64,000 bases of DNA from Chloroflexota bacterium (lineage in GTDB: Bacteria > Chloroflexota > UBA11872 > VXOZ01). The notes under the pieces were generated by a model, which made no database searches, was not told the origin of the DNA, and was given only the letters and a program-made list of their open reading frames with translations. Shown here in pieces: positions 17,956 to 28,044 of this stretch. The position numbers were made by a program, and so were the translations under genes. The stretch spans positions 32,001-96,000 of the forward strand of contig OZ219802.1 in NCBI GenBank assembly GCA_964291655.2, given 5' to 3'. Every line of letters starts with the position of its first letter. Within the stretch, counting starts at the first letter, position 1.

Positions 17956-18238
17956 GGCTTGGTGCAGTCTTAGCTATGCCTCTACGGGCGAGGTGCGAAC
18001 GCAACTACGCTTACAGAGTCTGGCGCCATCAATTGGCGTGCACTTCAACGTGTGGCAGACGTCGAGGCTCCGTAAGCTAGGGTGTACAACCGGTACGGCC
18101 CTTCGACGCACAATAGCCGTGTGACGATAGCAAGAATTGGCAGGAAGGGCACTATTTCTTGTCTCTTTGGCTGCAGAGTCGTGCAGCCCAATGCCGAGAC
18201 CGTATAATTGATTCGAGGATCGGCATAGCCTGACAGCA

Positions 18239-18634
18239 GTGGCGGAGGAATCTCTCGTGCGCGTCTTGTTACTCCGAAGTTTGGCAGTGCTGGTTGCCGT
18301 AGTGATTGCGAGCCGCTTTGCGCTTGTGGAATTCACCGACAGCGGCGATTGGCTATCGCTCATTGTTTTTGCAGTAGGTGTGGCTTTGATCAACGCGGTG
18401 ATTGGGCCGGTACTCAAGGTCATTTCGTTTCCGGTGACAATACTGACCTTAGGCATCTGGATTCTAGTTTTGAACGGCCTGCTGTTCTGGTTGGGCACCG
18501 CCCTCTTGCCAGGGGTTGAGCTGGCTGACTCGGGCCGACCGACCTTACTCTCGGCCATGCTGGTTGCTCTCATCATTAGCGTGGTCAGCTTTGCCGTCAA
18601 TCGAGTTGTGAAAGATGACGAAGAGAAAGAATGA
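18239..18634 (+). CDS. YvlD/DUF360 'phage holin family' 4-TM membrane protein
   Basis: LINAVIGPVLKVISFPVTILTLGIWILVLNGLL matches the family signature. Confidence 0.8.
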   Translation: MAEESLVRVLLLRSLAVLVAVVIASRFALVEFTDSGDWLSLIVFAVGVALINAVIGPVLKVISFPVTILTLGIWILVLNGLLFWLGTALLPGVELADSGRPTLLSAMLVALIISVVSFAVNRVVKDDEEKE

Positions 18635-18677
18635 GCTTGCACGACCGAACCTCAAGCAATTAAAGGACTTAGGCGAA

Positions 18678-19706
18678 ATGCAAATCTTGGTGACTGGCGC
18701 CGCAGGATTTATTGGAAGTAACTATGTGCGCTACGTCCTGTCGGAGTATCCGGATGCCGATGTGGTGGCGGTGGATAAGTTAACGTACGCCGGCAACCTG
18801 GATAATCTCGCCGCTCTTGAAGAAAACCCTCGGTTTCAATTCGTACATGCTGACATTTGTGATGCCGGTGCAATTGATGAAGCAATGACGGGCTGTGACG
18901 CCCTCGTCAACTTTGCCGCGGAGAGTCATGTGGACCGCTCGGTAATGGACCCGGCGGCGTTCGTACGGACGAATGTGGAGGGAATCCGCGTACTCTTGGA
19001 AGCGGCCCGCGCGCACGGCGTGGAGCGTATCGTGCAGGTGAGCACTGACGAGGTATACGGACATGTGCCTGTAGGCACCTCAACCGAGGATGCGCGCCTG
19101 GCGCCCCGCAATCCCTATTCGGCCAGCAAGGCCGGGGGTGAGTTGCTGGCCCTTGCGTATTTCACCAGCTTTGGTCTACCGGTGATGATTACGCGCGGCG
19201 CCAATACTATCGGCCCCCGCCAGTATCCCGAGAAGGTGGTACCGGTTTTTGTTACCAACGCCATCGACGACAAGCCATTGCCCATCTACGGAGAGGGTGA
19301 AGCCGTACGCAATTACATGTACGTAGCAGACCACTGCGCCGGTGTCGATCTCGTCTTGCGAAGGGGGGAACCTGGCGCAGTATACAATGTCGGCGTGGAG
19401 TTTGAGGTTAACACAGTAACGCTGGCGACGAGTATTTTAGATGCTCTCGGCAAGCCGCATGCATTGATGCGGTTGATTGAGGATCGCCCCGGCCATGACT
19501 TCCGCTATAGTCTGGACTCATCCCGCCTTGCGGCGCTCGGCTGGCAGCCGCAGTACGCGTTCCAACAAGCATTGGCGGAGACGGTGAACTGGTATGTCGA
19601 CAATGAGGACTGGTGGCGACCTATCAAGTCCGGCGGGTATGGGGAGTATTACGAGCGGAACTATGCCGAACGGCTTGCACGCTCGCGTCCCCTCGTCGCA
19701 GGATAG
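18678..19706 (+). CDS. rfbB: dTDP-glucose 4,6-dehydratase
   Basis: LVTGAAGFIGSN, DKLTYAGN, FAAESHVDRS, STDEVYG, YSASK, DRPGHDFRY. Confidence 0.95.
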   Translation: MQILVTGAAGFIGSNYVRYVLSEYPDADVVAVDKLTYAGNLDNLAALEENPRFQFVHADICDAGAIDEAMTGCDALVNFAAESHVDRSVMDPAAFVRTNVEGIRVLLEAARAHGVERIVQVSTDEVYGHVPVGTSTEDARLAPRNPYSASKAGGELLALAYFTSFGLPVMITRGANTIGPRQYPEKVVPVFVTNAIDDKPLPIYGEGEAVRNYMYVADHCAGVDLVLRRGEPGAVYNVGVEFEVNTVTLATSILDALGKPHALMRLIEDRPGHDFRYSLDSSRLAALGWQPQYAFQQALAETVNWYVDNEDWWRPIKSGGYGEYYERNYAERLARSRPLVAG

Positions 19707-19740
19707 GCTCCACTCCGCACACGAGTTGCGGCATTCAAGT

Positions 19741-20148
19741 CTACGGCTTGAGCTCCGCGCTGCCTGTAACCAGGTCATTGCCGTCTTCATCACGGCAGCC
19801 GACTGTGATCTGAAGGCTGCCCGTCTCGCTGTCTATCTTCTTAATTCTTCCCCAGGCGGTTACCGTGCTACCCACGTAGCCCGGCTTGCGGAACCTGACC
19901 TTGAGCTGACCTGACGTGATCCATGCCTCTCCAAACGTGGTTGTTAGCATCTCCATGACAAACGCGAGCAGCAGCATTCCATGAGCAATCGGCCGTTCGA
20001 ACGGTGTGGTGGCGGCAAATGCTGGATCAGTATGTATAGGGTTATAATCTCCGCTCGCCGCCGCATAACTCCGTAGCGATTCCAGCGATATTAATCGTGA
20101 GCGGGCAGGCAATTCAGCGCCAGTTCCCCAACGCTCGCTTGCACTCAT
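19741..20148 (-). CDS. MaoC-family dehydratase (catalytic hotdog subunit)
   Basis: YAAASGDYNPIHTD...IAHGM hydratase motif. Confidence 0.9.
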   Translation of the reverse strand: MSASERWGTGAELPARSRLISLESLRSYAAASGDYNPIHTDPAFAATTPFERPIAHGMLLLAFVMEMLTTTFGEAWITSGQLKVRFRKPGYVGSTVTAWGRIKKIDSETGSLQITVGCRDEDGNDLVTGSAELKP

Positions 20149-20543
20149 TTCGCTTCCTCACTCCCGGGCATCATCAACATCGAGCGGCCTGACAGTACCG
20201 GTCGATTTTGGTGAAGGGCAGTTATCTCAACCACAATCACGTCCATGCCGGCCCGTGACGTGGCCTGGACGACTTCTGCGGTCGCGTCGAGCGTACTGTC
20301 CACTGTTGCATTGTCTTGGAACGAAAACTCCTGGGTGGCGTGTACCGATCCGGGCGGTAGTCCAATGGCCTCTATAAGGCCCGCTAGGACCCATGCCGCA
20401 ATTGCCAGCGGTGGCGCAACGTTGCCGTCGCCGTGGTACAGCGGACTCTCACTGCCGACCGCGGCAAGATATTGCTGCACTCTGTCGGGGGAAACGTGTA
20501 CCGTTTGTTCAGGAAAGCAATAACCGACGGAAAACCGAGGCAT
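20145..20543 (-). CDS. MaoC-like N-terminal / FAS1-type hotdog protein (non-catalytic partner)
   Basis: YLAAVG...APP, VHATQEFSF; 4-nt ATGA overlap with the downstream MaoC gene. Confidence 0.7.
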   Translation of the reverse strand: MPRFSVGYCFPEQTVHVSPDRVQQYLAAVGSESPLYHGDGNVAPPLAIAAWVLAGLIEAIGLPPGSVHATQEFSFQDNATVDSTLDATAEVVQATSRAGMDVIVVEITALHQNRPVLSGRSMLMMPGSEEAK

Positions 20544-20859
20544 GTCTCTCTGCTCGTTCAGTGTTTGGTATGGGTGCCGGGATGGCGCGACCCACATACC
20601 TGCACGGGTTTCCACTACAGCGACTCTGTCGGCTGCAACTCTATTCCTCATTCGCGCCTGAAGGACGCAACCCACTGCGGCCCATTATAGCCGCAAAGGT
20701 TGCGCTCATTCCAGATGCACGTACGCGCCCACCATATGCGTGAAGTTGGTGTACAATAACCAGCAAAACACCCATCACCTGACTCGGATTGCACTGAAGT
20801 ACGCGCAAGGAATCAAGTGAAGATTCATTGATAGCAAAGAGTCCGAGCAAGGGGTCGAA

Positions 20860-21219
20860 TTGTCTGAAACGCCGAACGGACACCGCTATCAAACCGAGCA
20901 GCAGGCCTTGCTCAATCGGCTGCGGCGCATCGAGGGCCAGGTGCGGGGCATTCAGCGCATGGTTGCGGAAGACCGCTATTGCGTGGAAATCCTCCAACAG
21001 ATGGCGGCAATTACGTCCGGATTACAGGAAGTCTCGCTGATCGTGTTGAGGAACCACATCGAGGGGTGCGTATCGGAAGCGATTCGTTCCGGCGAAGAGG
21101 AAGAACTCATCGAGGAGTTGATGAACGCGATTCGGAACGGAGTCGGCCGATGGGTGGTTCCCCCGCACACGGCGAGTACGACAGAGCCGGTATCAAGAAT
21201 AGTTCAACAAGAGGAGTAA
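20860..21219 (+). CDS. csoR: CsoR/RcnR-family metal-sensing repressor
   Basis: LLNRLRRIEGQVRGIQRMV..DRYCVEILQQ...NHIEGCV with the Cys-His-Cys fingerprint. Confidence 0.88.
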   Translation: MSETPNGHRYQTEQQALLNRLRRIEGQVRGIQRMVAEDRYCVEILQQMAAITSGLQEVSLIVLRNHIEGCVSEAIRSGEEEELIEELMNAIRNGVGRWVVPPHTASTTEPVSRIVQQEE

Positions 21220-21222
21220 ACT

Positions 21223-22218
21223 ATGGCACGTGTTGGCTGGGGCATAATTGGATGCGGCGACATTGCCAACAAGGCCGTAGCGCCTGCCGTAAACGAGGAT
21301 CCGAATAGTCGCCTGGTTGCCTTCGCGAGTAGCAGCCAGGAGCGGGCGGAGGACTTCACGACGAGGCACGGCGCGCAGCGGGCTTATAGCGACATTGAAG
21401 CGTTCCTCGCAGACCCGGAGATTGATGTGGTCTATGCCGCCAGTCGCGTGTATGAGCATCTACCGCAGACAATTGCTTCCGCGGCGGTGGGCAAACACGT
21501 GCTCTGCGAAAAGCCGATGGCGCTCACGGATGCCGAGTGCCGTGAGATGATTTCCGCCTGTCAGCAGGCCGGTGTGAATTTGGCGATCGCCTACTACCGG
21601 CGCTACTATCCCAAGAACATCAAGATCAAGGAGCTACTCGCTAGCGGGGCAATCGGCACACCGGTCTTGGTGCGCATGGTCTTGACCGGCAACTATGACC
21701 CGATGCCGGATGACCCGAAGATCTGGCGCGTTGACCCCGCGAAAAGTGCCGGAGGTCCGATCGCAGACGTTGGCTCCCATCGGCTCGATCTCCTCTGCCA
21801 CTGGTTTGGCGATCCTGTTGCGGTGGCTGCCTGCAACGAGACGCTCGTGCACTCGTATCCCGCGGACGATTCGGATGTGTTGCTGATCAAGATGGCAAGC
21901 GGCGTTCAGGTGACCGCCTCCTTTCACTGGAGCATTGGCGTCGGTTACGACACGATTGAGATATTTGGAACGGAAGGAGCGCTGTTCAGCACACCTACCG
22001 ATGGGGCGAAGCTGGTCCTGAAGCATGCTGCGGGTACCGAGGAGTTTGACCTCCCGAATGCGGAGAATAAGCACTCACCGCTTGTCGAGGACTTTAGCGC
22101 GAGGGTCCTGGCAGGTGAACCGCCGCTCTACTCGGGTGAAGACGGAGCCAAAGCAACGCGCATCATAGAGACCTCATTCGCGGCAAGCCGCGCCGAAAAG
22201 TGGGTGACAATCGAATGA
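21223..22218 (+). CDS. Gfo/Idh/MocA family oxidoreductase
   Basis: WGIIGCGDIA, GKHVLCEKPMA, DVGSH. Confidence 0.9.
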   Translation: MARVGWGIIGCGDIANKAVAPAVNEDPNSRLVAFASSSQERAEDFTTRHGAQRAYSDIEAFLADPEIDVVYAASRVYEHLPQTIASAAVGKHVLCEKPMALTDAECREMISACQQAGVNLAIAYYRRYYPKNIKIKELLASGAIGTPVLVRMVLTGNYDPMPDDPKIWRVDPAKSAGGPIADVGSHRLDLLCHWFGDPVAVAACNETLVHSYPADDSDVLLIKMASGVQVTASFHWSIGVGYDTIEIFGTEGALFSTPTDGAKLVLKHAAGTEEFDLPNAENKHSPLVEDFSARVLAGEPPLYSGEDGAKATRIIETSFAASRAEKWVTIE

Positions 22219-23312
22219 TGAACATAATTGGCCGACCGGCAAAAGACATCGACACGCCGGCACTCTTGGTCGATCTCGACATCTTGGATCGCAACGTTGC
22301 TCACATGGCACGCGTCATCATCCAGGATGCAGGCATCAATTGGCGTCCGCACACCAAGGGCATCAAGTCGCCTGCCATTGCGCACTTGCTTGTGGATGCC
22401 GGCGCAATTGGGGTTACATGCGCCAAGCTCGGTGAAGCCGAGGTGATGGCCGCAGGCGGCATCCGCAGTATTCTCATTGCTAACCAGATCGTTGGGCCCC
22501 AGAAGATTGAACGGCTGGTCAACCTCCGCAGGCATGCCGACGTGATTCCTGCCGTGGACAACGAGGACAATGTCCGTGAGATTGCCGAAGCGGCGGCACG
22601 CAAGGGCGTGCGGCAACGCGTAGTGGTTGAAATCAACGTAGGCATCGACCGGGCCGGGGTGCTTCCAGGCGAGCCGGTTCTTAGCTTGGCAAAGAAGGTC
22701 GCATCCTACCCAAGTCTTGAGTTTGCGGGCGTCATGGCATGGGAAGCGCTGGTCCTTGGCGCCAAGGATGATGCTGAGAAAGCGCGCATGGTCAAAACGG
22801 CTATCTCACAGCTCACCGAAAGTGCAGATCGTTGTCGCGATGCCGGGTTACCGGTGGAAATCGTGAGTTGCGGCGGCAGCGGCACATACTGGCACACCGC
22901 GTTCCAGCCGGGTGTTACTGAAATCCAGGGCGGAGGCGGCATTTTTTGCGACATTACGTACCGCGAGCGGTTTGGCGTAAAGCATGACTATGCGCTTACG
23001 GTTCTGTCAACCGTAACCAGTAGGCCCGCACCGACGCGCATCATCTGCGACGCGGGCAAGAAGACGATGAGTACGGATGCAAGCACCCCCAAGCCCTGTG
23101 GTCTGCCTGAAGTCGCCTCCGTAGGATGTTCGGCAGAGCACGGGACAATTCACCTGGTAGAGGGGTCCGATACTCCCCGCGTCGGAGACAAGATTTCGTT
23201 CATTGTTGGCTATGGGGATACGACCGTGTTCCTGCACGACAACTTCTACGGCATTCGCGACGGCCGCGTGGAGGTGGTGTGGCCGATACTCGGTCGCGGC
23301 AAACTGCAGTGA
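22215..23312 (+). CDS. D-threonine aldolase / DSD1-like PLP enzyme (alanine racemase fold)
   Basis: DTPALLVD, WRPHTK (PLP lysine), TCAKLGEAE, GGSGT, DAGKK, SAEHG; overlaps the upstream stop codon. Confidence 0.85.
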   Translation: MMNIIGRPAKDIDTPALLVDLDILDRNVAHMARVIIQDAGINWRPHTKGIKSPAIAHLLVDAGAIGVTCAKLGEAEVMAAGGIRSILIANQIVGPQKIERLVNLRRHADVIPAVDNEDNVREIAEAAARKGVRQRVVVEINVGIDRAGVLPGEPVLSLAKKVASYPSLEFAGVMAWEALVLGAKDDAEKARMVKTAISQLTESADRCRDAGLPVEIVSCGGSGTYWHTAFQPGVTEIQGGGGIFCDITYRERFGVKHDYALTVLSTVTSRPAPTRIICDAGKKTMSTDASTPKPCGLPEVASVGCSAEHGTIHLVEGSDTPRVGDKISFIVGYGDTTVFLHDNFYGIRDGRVEVVWPILGRGKLQ

Positions 23313-23320
23313 GATAAACA

Positions 23321-23360
23321 AATCGCTCTCAAGCCTCGCATTGGTGGCAAGAGAGCGATT
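23321..23360. terminator. Inverted repeat between convergent genes, possible terminator
   Basis: AATCGCTCTC-20 nt-GAGAGCGATT, perfect 10-bp arms. Confidence 0.45.
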
Positions 23361-23438
23361 CTGAATTTCGTACGCATGCCTTGAATTGCGCGTTTACGAC
23401 AGGCGTCGCACTGTTCGTGCCCGTCACTAATGCGTATT

Positions 23439-23690
23439 CTACCCCGTGGGAATGCCCATCTCGATCAACATGACCGGGATGTTCTCATCAATTCGGTAGA
23501 TTGTAGCGCCGTCATCGGTAATCAGCCCTTCTTCCAGCGGCTTGTCGACCACGTTGCCGTCTTGATACGTGACCACGTCGCTTTCAATGCGGGAATTAAG
23601 CTGGCTGATCTCATCACTTGAAAGAGGGCGCAACTGCGCCTTGGTAGCGGGGCACCGCAGGATTTCGAGTAATTGTTCACTTATGGGCAT
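23439..23690 (-). CDS. Trm112-like protein
   Basis: LLEILRCPAT...YRIDENIPVML. Confidence 0.8.
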   Translation of the reverse strand: MPISEQLLEILRCPATKAQLRPLSSDEISQLNSRIESDVVTYQDGNVVDKPLEEGLITDDGATIYRIDENIPVMLIEMGIPTG

Positions 23691-23928
23691 GACATCAAGT
23701 CTCCGGGGTAATGAGTGAGTTTCCGCACATTTCGTATTAGCAAGGACCGTTGCTGCTCACTATCAAATGTGGCAAGGGCTTGCTTATGGTCCTAACACAC
23801 GAGGCTTAAGACAGGCATGAACGTGTCAATCATATTCACACTTGTCGGTCTGCCTATCCCCTATTTCAAAGGAAGGAGCGCAATGTAAGCTCCATTCATC
23901 CTCAGTCTAAGAACGGTGCAACGCACTG

Positions 23929-24561
23929 TCAACCAGAGCGTGCCCTGACTACGCGATACGGGATCTTGCCAAGGCGGGTGAGAACGGTAGGTCCTAAATT
24001 GAACAGCGCAAGATCGGCTATGAAATGGACGATAATGGGTGTGAGGATTGTGCCGGAAGCCAGGAAGAGAAGTCCGAATAAGAATCCTCCTGCAGTAGCA
24101 AGCAGCAGGAAGGGCATTGGAAATCCGGCGATTCGGTGATAGAAGCCGAATATCAAGGCAACGCCGATGAATCCCGCCGCCGGATGCACGAATGCTATGC
24201 TCATCGCCCACGACTGCAGCATGCCCCGAAAGAAGAGTTCCTCGGCAGGCGCATTAAAGAAGAGGAAGTATCCATCCTCGATGGCGTGGGCGCGGCGGGA
24301 CGCCAAGCTGTGGATTGGCCAATAGCGCGCGGGGAACAGCGTACAGGCAGCAAATGCCGGAATTCCCGTGCCCAGGATAAGTGCGACGTCTAGGCCGGTA
24401 ATGCGCCAGGAGAGCTTTAGCGTTTCGGCCCCACCTGCCAGGGCATAGGCCCAAACAAGAGCCACAATCGCGAATGGGAGGAGCCGACGAAGAACATCCC
24501 AGCCTATCCACCGCAGCGAGTCGCGCGCCGTACGAATAGCGATAGCGGGCGTACGGTTCAT
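23929..24561 (-). CDS. CPBP (CAAX/Abi) intramembrane metalloprotease
   Basis: EELFFRG, FGFYH, HFIAD motifs. Confidence 0.85.
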   Translation of the reverse strand: MNRTPAIAIRTARDSLRWIGWDVLRRLLPFAIVALVWAYALAGGAETLKLSWRITGLDVALILGTGIPAFAACTLFPARYWPIHSLASRRAHAIEDGYFLFFNAPAEELFFRGMLQSWAMSIAFVHPAAGFIGVALIFGFYHRIAGFPMPFLLLATAGGFLFGLLFLASGTILTPIIVHFIADLALFNLGPTVLTRLGKIPYRVVRARSG

Positions 24562-24579
24562 AGGTCGTGAATCCGTAAT

Positions 24580-25614
24580 CTAATCGAAGAGGCGGGGCTG
24601 TTCTTTGTCAGCAGCATCACCGGCGTCAAGCCCCAAGTGCTCGTATGCCGCGGAGAGCACCACTCGTCCACGTGGCGTTTTGGCCAGGAAGCCAAGTTGC
24701 ATCAGATACGGCTCGTAGACATCCTCGATGGTCTGCGCTTCATCGCCAATTGCTGCCGCTAAAGTGTCGATACCGACCGGCCCGCCGCCAAACTTCTCGA
24801 GAATTGTCATGAGAATCGTCCGATCCACCGCGTCCAGCCCTAGTCCATCGATCTCCAGGCTTTCCAAGCAGTCTTCAGCAAGGGAAGAGGTGATATGTCC
24901 GTCGCCTTTCACCTGCGCCCAGTCTCGGATGCGACGCAGCAGTCGATTGGTTATACGCGGCGTGCCGCGCGATCGCTGGGCGATTTCATTTATGCCTGCT
25001 TTGTCAATTGCCACACCCAAGATTCCGGCTGAACGGTGGACGATTTTCCGCATGGCGTCAATGTCATAGTACTCCATGTGGAAGTGCGCACCGAAGCGGT
25101 CCCGCAGAGGGGAACTGACCAGGGCAAGCCGGGTGGTTGCACCAATGAGCGTGAATTGGGGTAGGGAGAGACGTATACTGCGCGCCGCCATGCCTTTGCC
25201 CATGACAATGTCTAAAGCAAAGTCCTCCATCGCCGGATAGAGTATCTCTTCCACGGCACGATGGAGGCGATGCACTTCGTCGATGAAGAGAATGTCGTGC
25301 GAACGAACGTTAGAGAGGATTGCTGCCAGGTCTCCCGCACGCTCGATGGCCGGTCCAGCGGTGACTCTGATGTTGACGCCCATTTCGGTAGCCAACACGT
25401 TTGCAAAGGTTGTCTTGCCCAGCCCAGGCGGGCCGTGGAAAAGAGTATGATCAAGCGGCTCCTGCCGCTGTTTCGCGGCAGTGATGGCAATACGCAAGTG
25501 CTCCCGCACTTTTTCCTGGCCGATGCACTCTTCCAGGGAGCGCGGACGCAGCGACTGCGCGACTTGGAGGTCTTCCGGCTCCTCTTGCGGCGCAACGACG
25601 CGTGTGTCGGTCAT
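24580..25614 (-). CDS. ruvB: Holliday junction branch migration helicase RuvB
   Basis: [35 protein letters not shown]. Confidence 0.97.
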   Translation of the reverse strand: MTDTRVVAPQEEPEDLQVAQSLRPRSLEECIGQEKVREHLRIAITAAKQRQEPLDHTLFHGPPGLGKTTFANVLATEMGVNIRVTAGPAIERAGDLAAILSNVRSHDILFIDEVHRLHRAVEEILYPAMEDFALDIVMGKGMAARSIRLSLPQFTLIGATTRLALVSSPLRDRFGAHFHMEYYDIDAMRKIVHRSAGILGVAIDKAGINEIAQRSRGTPRITNRLLRRIRDWAQVKGDGHITSSLAEDCLESLEIDGLGLDAVDRTILMTILEKFGGGPVGIDTLAAAIGDEAQTIEDVYEPYLMQLGFLAKTPRGRVVLSAAYEHLGLDAGDAADKEQPRLFD

Positions 25615-25747
25615 GTGCTCATTCCTTGCAAATGAACTCGGATTCGCTTGCACTGTAAGTCGTGCGCTTCAACGTCTGCGCTCGACCTCTCAAAGAGCTT
25701 GGTTCGATGGCATTGTAGGGTGCGAGAAGTACCTTGCCAATACTGAT

Positions 25748-26329
25748 TTAGGTCCCAAGGTGGCGCAGCGCGGCTCCAACACGCGATTCGACCGACGCGG
25801 CTGCTTGCACCTCCGGTTGCGCGAGCGCATGCGCGATCTCTGCGGTCGAATATCCCAGCGCCGCCAGCGCATCGGCGGTTTCATCGGGTGCGCCTGTGGT
25901 TTCAGGTGACGCCGCCAACTTCCCGCGTAGTTCGAGGACGATACGACTTGCGGTCCGCTTGCCCAGGCCGCTTACGAGAGTGAGCTGCCGAAGGTCCTCG
26001 CTTTCAATTGCAGTTGCAAATTGCTCAGGAGCGAACGTCGAGAGGATGGCTAGCGCGAGTCTCGGCCCCACACCGTTCACGGTCTGTACTTGGTCGAAGA
26101 GAGCTGCTTGCTGTTCTGAGGTAAAGCCAAAGAGCTCTAGCCGGTCGTCGCGAACCAGCAGCCTCGTCGCAAGCTTGACGGTACTGCCAACTGCGCCGAG
26201 TTCGTGCACAACGCTGGCAGGCACGACGACGCGCAAGCCAATGCCGCCGACTGTGTCAGAACCGCCGACCTGAATAGTTACGGACTCCAGGTCGCTGCTT
26301 ACGAGTTCACCTTGGATAAAGGCAATCAT
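25748..26329 (-). CDS. ruvA: Holliday junction branch migration protein RuvA
   Basis: LFGF, VNGVGPRLA and GLGKRTA HhH motifs, ALAALGYS. Confidence 0.95.
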   Translation of the reverse strand: MIAFIQGELVSSDLESVTIQVGGSDTVGGIGLRVVVPASVVHELGAVGSTVKLATRLLVRDDRLELFGFTSEQQAALFDQVQTVNGVGPRLALAILSTFAPEQFATAIESEDLRQLTLVSGLGKRTASRIVLELRGKLAASPETTGAPDETADALAALGYSTAEIAHALAQPEVQAAASVESRVGAALRHLGT

Positions 26330-26817
26330 GTTTGTGCAAGGAGTTGCTGCGCGGAGCGCATGTGGGCGTGGCAGATTGCTACGGCAAGAGCGTCGGCTGC
26401 GTCGTCGGGTGTGGGAGGTTTCTGGAGTGCGAGCGCGATGGACACCATCGTTTGCACCTGGCGCTTGTCAGCCCTGCCATACCCCACGAGCGTTTGCTTG
26501 ATCTGAAGCGGCGAATAGTCGCTGACGGGACAGCCGGCTTCGGCGGCGCGCAAGAGCACAACTCCCCTGGCTTCACCAACGGCAAACGCAGTCGTTACGT
26601 TCTGATTGAAGAAGAGTCGCTCCACAGCAACCTCATCGGGCGCGGCAGATTCAATGACCTCTCCGAGCTGTCGATAGATTGAAAGGAGACGCGTGGGTTG
26701 GCTGTCTTTGGCAGGCGTCGTGATGCAACCAAATGTAACAAGGGAAGGTTGTGGCGAATCTTCGATAACGCCGTAGCCGAGACGGGCAGTGCCCGGATCG
26801 ATGCCAAGGATGCGCAT
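26326..26817 (-). CDS. ruvC: Crossover junction endodeoxyribonuclease RuvC
   Basis: ILGIDPG, AVERLFF, ARGV, PDDAADALAVAICH. Confidence 0.97.
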   Translation of the reverse strand: MRILGIDPGTARLGYGVIEDSPQPSLVTFGCITTPAKDSQPTRLLSIYRQLGEVIESAAPDEVAVERLFFNQNVTTAFAVGEARGVVLLRAAEAGCPVSDYSPLQIKQTLVGYGRADKRQVQTMVSIALALQKPPTPDDAADALAVAICHAHMRSAQQLLAQT

Positions 26818-26826
26818 GAAGTCATC

Positions 26827-27597
26827 CTATCCTGATAACGCCGAATTCGCTGAGAACGCGACCATCAATTCGTCGGTCAACTCAAGATTTGTGTAGACCT
26901 TCTGGACGTCGTCGAGGTCTTCGACCTGCTCGATAAGCCGCATAGACTGGGTAGCCTTGTCGGTTTCGGGTTCCGACATGGTCTTAGGAACGCGAGTTAA
27001 CTCAGCACTTTCCACCGTGTAACCGCCCTCTTCCATGCCTCGGCGCACGGCTTCAAGTTGCTCGATGAGGGTAATCACAACCAGCGTGCCTTCTTCTTCC
27101 TGCACGTCTTCCGCCCCCAACTCAATAGACTCCAGCATAGCCTCGTCCGGGTCGCTGCCGTTGAGTTCGATGATGATCTGTCCTCGGGTGTCAAACATCC
27201 ACGCAACACTACCGGATTCGCCCAGATTGCCACCCCCACGTGCAAGCACGTTGCGGAGCTCTGCGACTGTGCGATTACGATTGTCCGTCAGCGCCTCGAT
27301 GAAGAAGGCCGCGCCTCCCGGCCCATAACCCTCATAGTTGATATCCTCCAGCCGGGCAGCGTCTTCGAGCTCGCCGCTGCCACGCTTGACGGCGCGCACG
27401 ATGGTGTCAGCGGGCATATTGGCGTCTTTCGCCCGCTGAATAGCAAGACGCAAGCGGAAATTCGTCTCTGGATCGCCGCCGCCATCTCGGGCGGCCACCG
27501 TGATTTCGCGACCCAATTTCGTATAGAGCTGCCCTCGTTTTGCGTCATTGGCTGCCTTTTGGCGCTTGATTTGCGCCCATTTTGAATGTCCTGCCAT
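26827..27597 (-). CDS. yebC: YebC/PmpR family protein
   Basis: MAGHSKWAQIKRQK, YEGYGPGG, TDNRNRT, DLDDVQKVYTN. Confidence 0.96.
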   Translation of the reverse strand: MAGHSKWAQIKRQKAANDAKRGQLYTKLGREITVAARDGGGDPETNFRLRLAIQRAKDANMPADTIVRAVKRGSGELEDAARLEDINYEGYGPGGAAFFIEALTDNRNRTVAELRNVLARGGGNLGESGSVAWMFDTRGQIIIELNGSDPDEAMLESIELGAEDVQEEEGTLVVITLIEQLEAVRRGMEEGGYTVESAELTRVPKTMSEPETDKATQSMRLIEQVEDLDDVQKVYTNLELTDELMVAFSANSALSG

Positions 27598-27706
27598 GCT
27601 CACTCTCCTAGGCAACACGCAGACTAACGCGGACGGTCTTTCAGGGGGTCAAAAGCGTTGCGAGGACGTCTCTAGTGCCTGTATTAATAACGGATATGCT
27701 ACAGCT

Positions 27707-27715
27707 ATTATAGCA
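27707..27715 (-). promoter_or_regulatory. Extended -10 promoter upstream of yebC-ruvCAB
   Basis: Minus strand TGCTATAAT about 110 nt upstream of the yebC ATG. Confidence 0.55.
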
Positions 27716-28044
27716 CTTCTCTCCGTCTTGGCCCGGGGCAAAAGTATGGGTAGCGGTGAAACAACTGAATGCGAATACATACCACATGCAGAGGCTGAGC
27801 AGAGGTAGCGTAAGGCCTGCTGCAGTCGCCGCATTGAGCCTGCGGCGTTCGATGCAATCAGAAGTGAGAACCAAAACTGAGGTGTGGTGGGATGTGCGGG
27901 CGCGGAGGGTACTCGACGGTTGGCCGAAGTAATTCAGACGCCAAGAGCACGTGGCGAGGATTCTGAGAGCGCTACCTTGTATCTCGCGGCACTTCCCAAG
28001 CCGCACACTCCATCGTGAGCGAACGTCGGCACGACGAAGTGACC

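Noticed and set aside
17100-18000. Weak GTAGGG...CTAC REP-like remnants flanking the 17251-17955 gene (near 17113 and 17952)
   Set aside because: Too degenerate; no clean palindrome or second matching copy
18239-18634. Prophage, suggested by the 'holin' family gene
   Set aside because: The YvlD/DUF360 family is commonly chromosomal; no endolysin, integrase or structural phage genes
27620-28044. Structured ncRNA (6S, SRP, tmRNA, RNase P) in the mreB-yebC gap
   Set aside because: No diagnostic motifs seen; only an extended -10 promoter is supported
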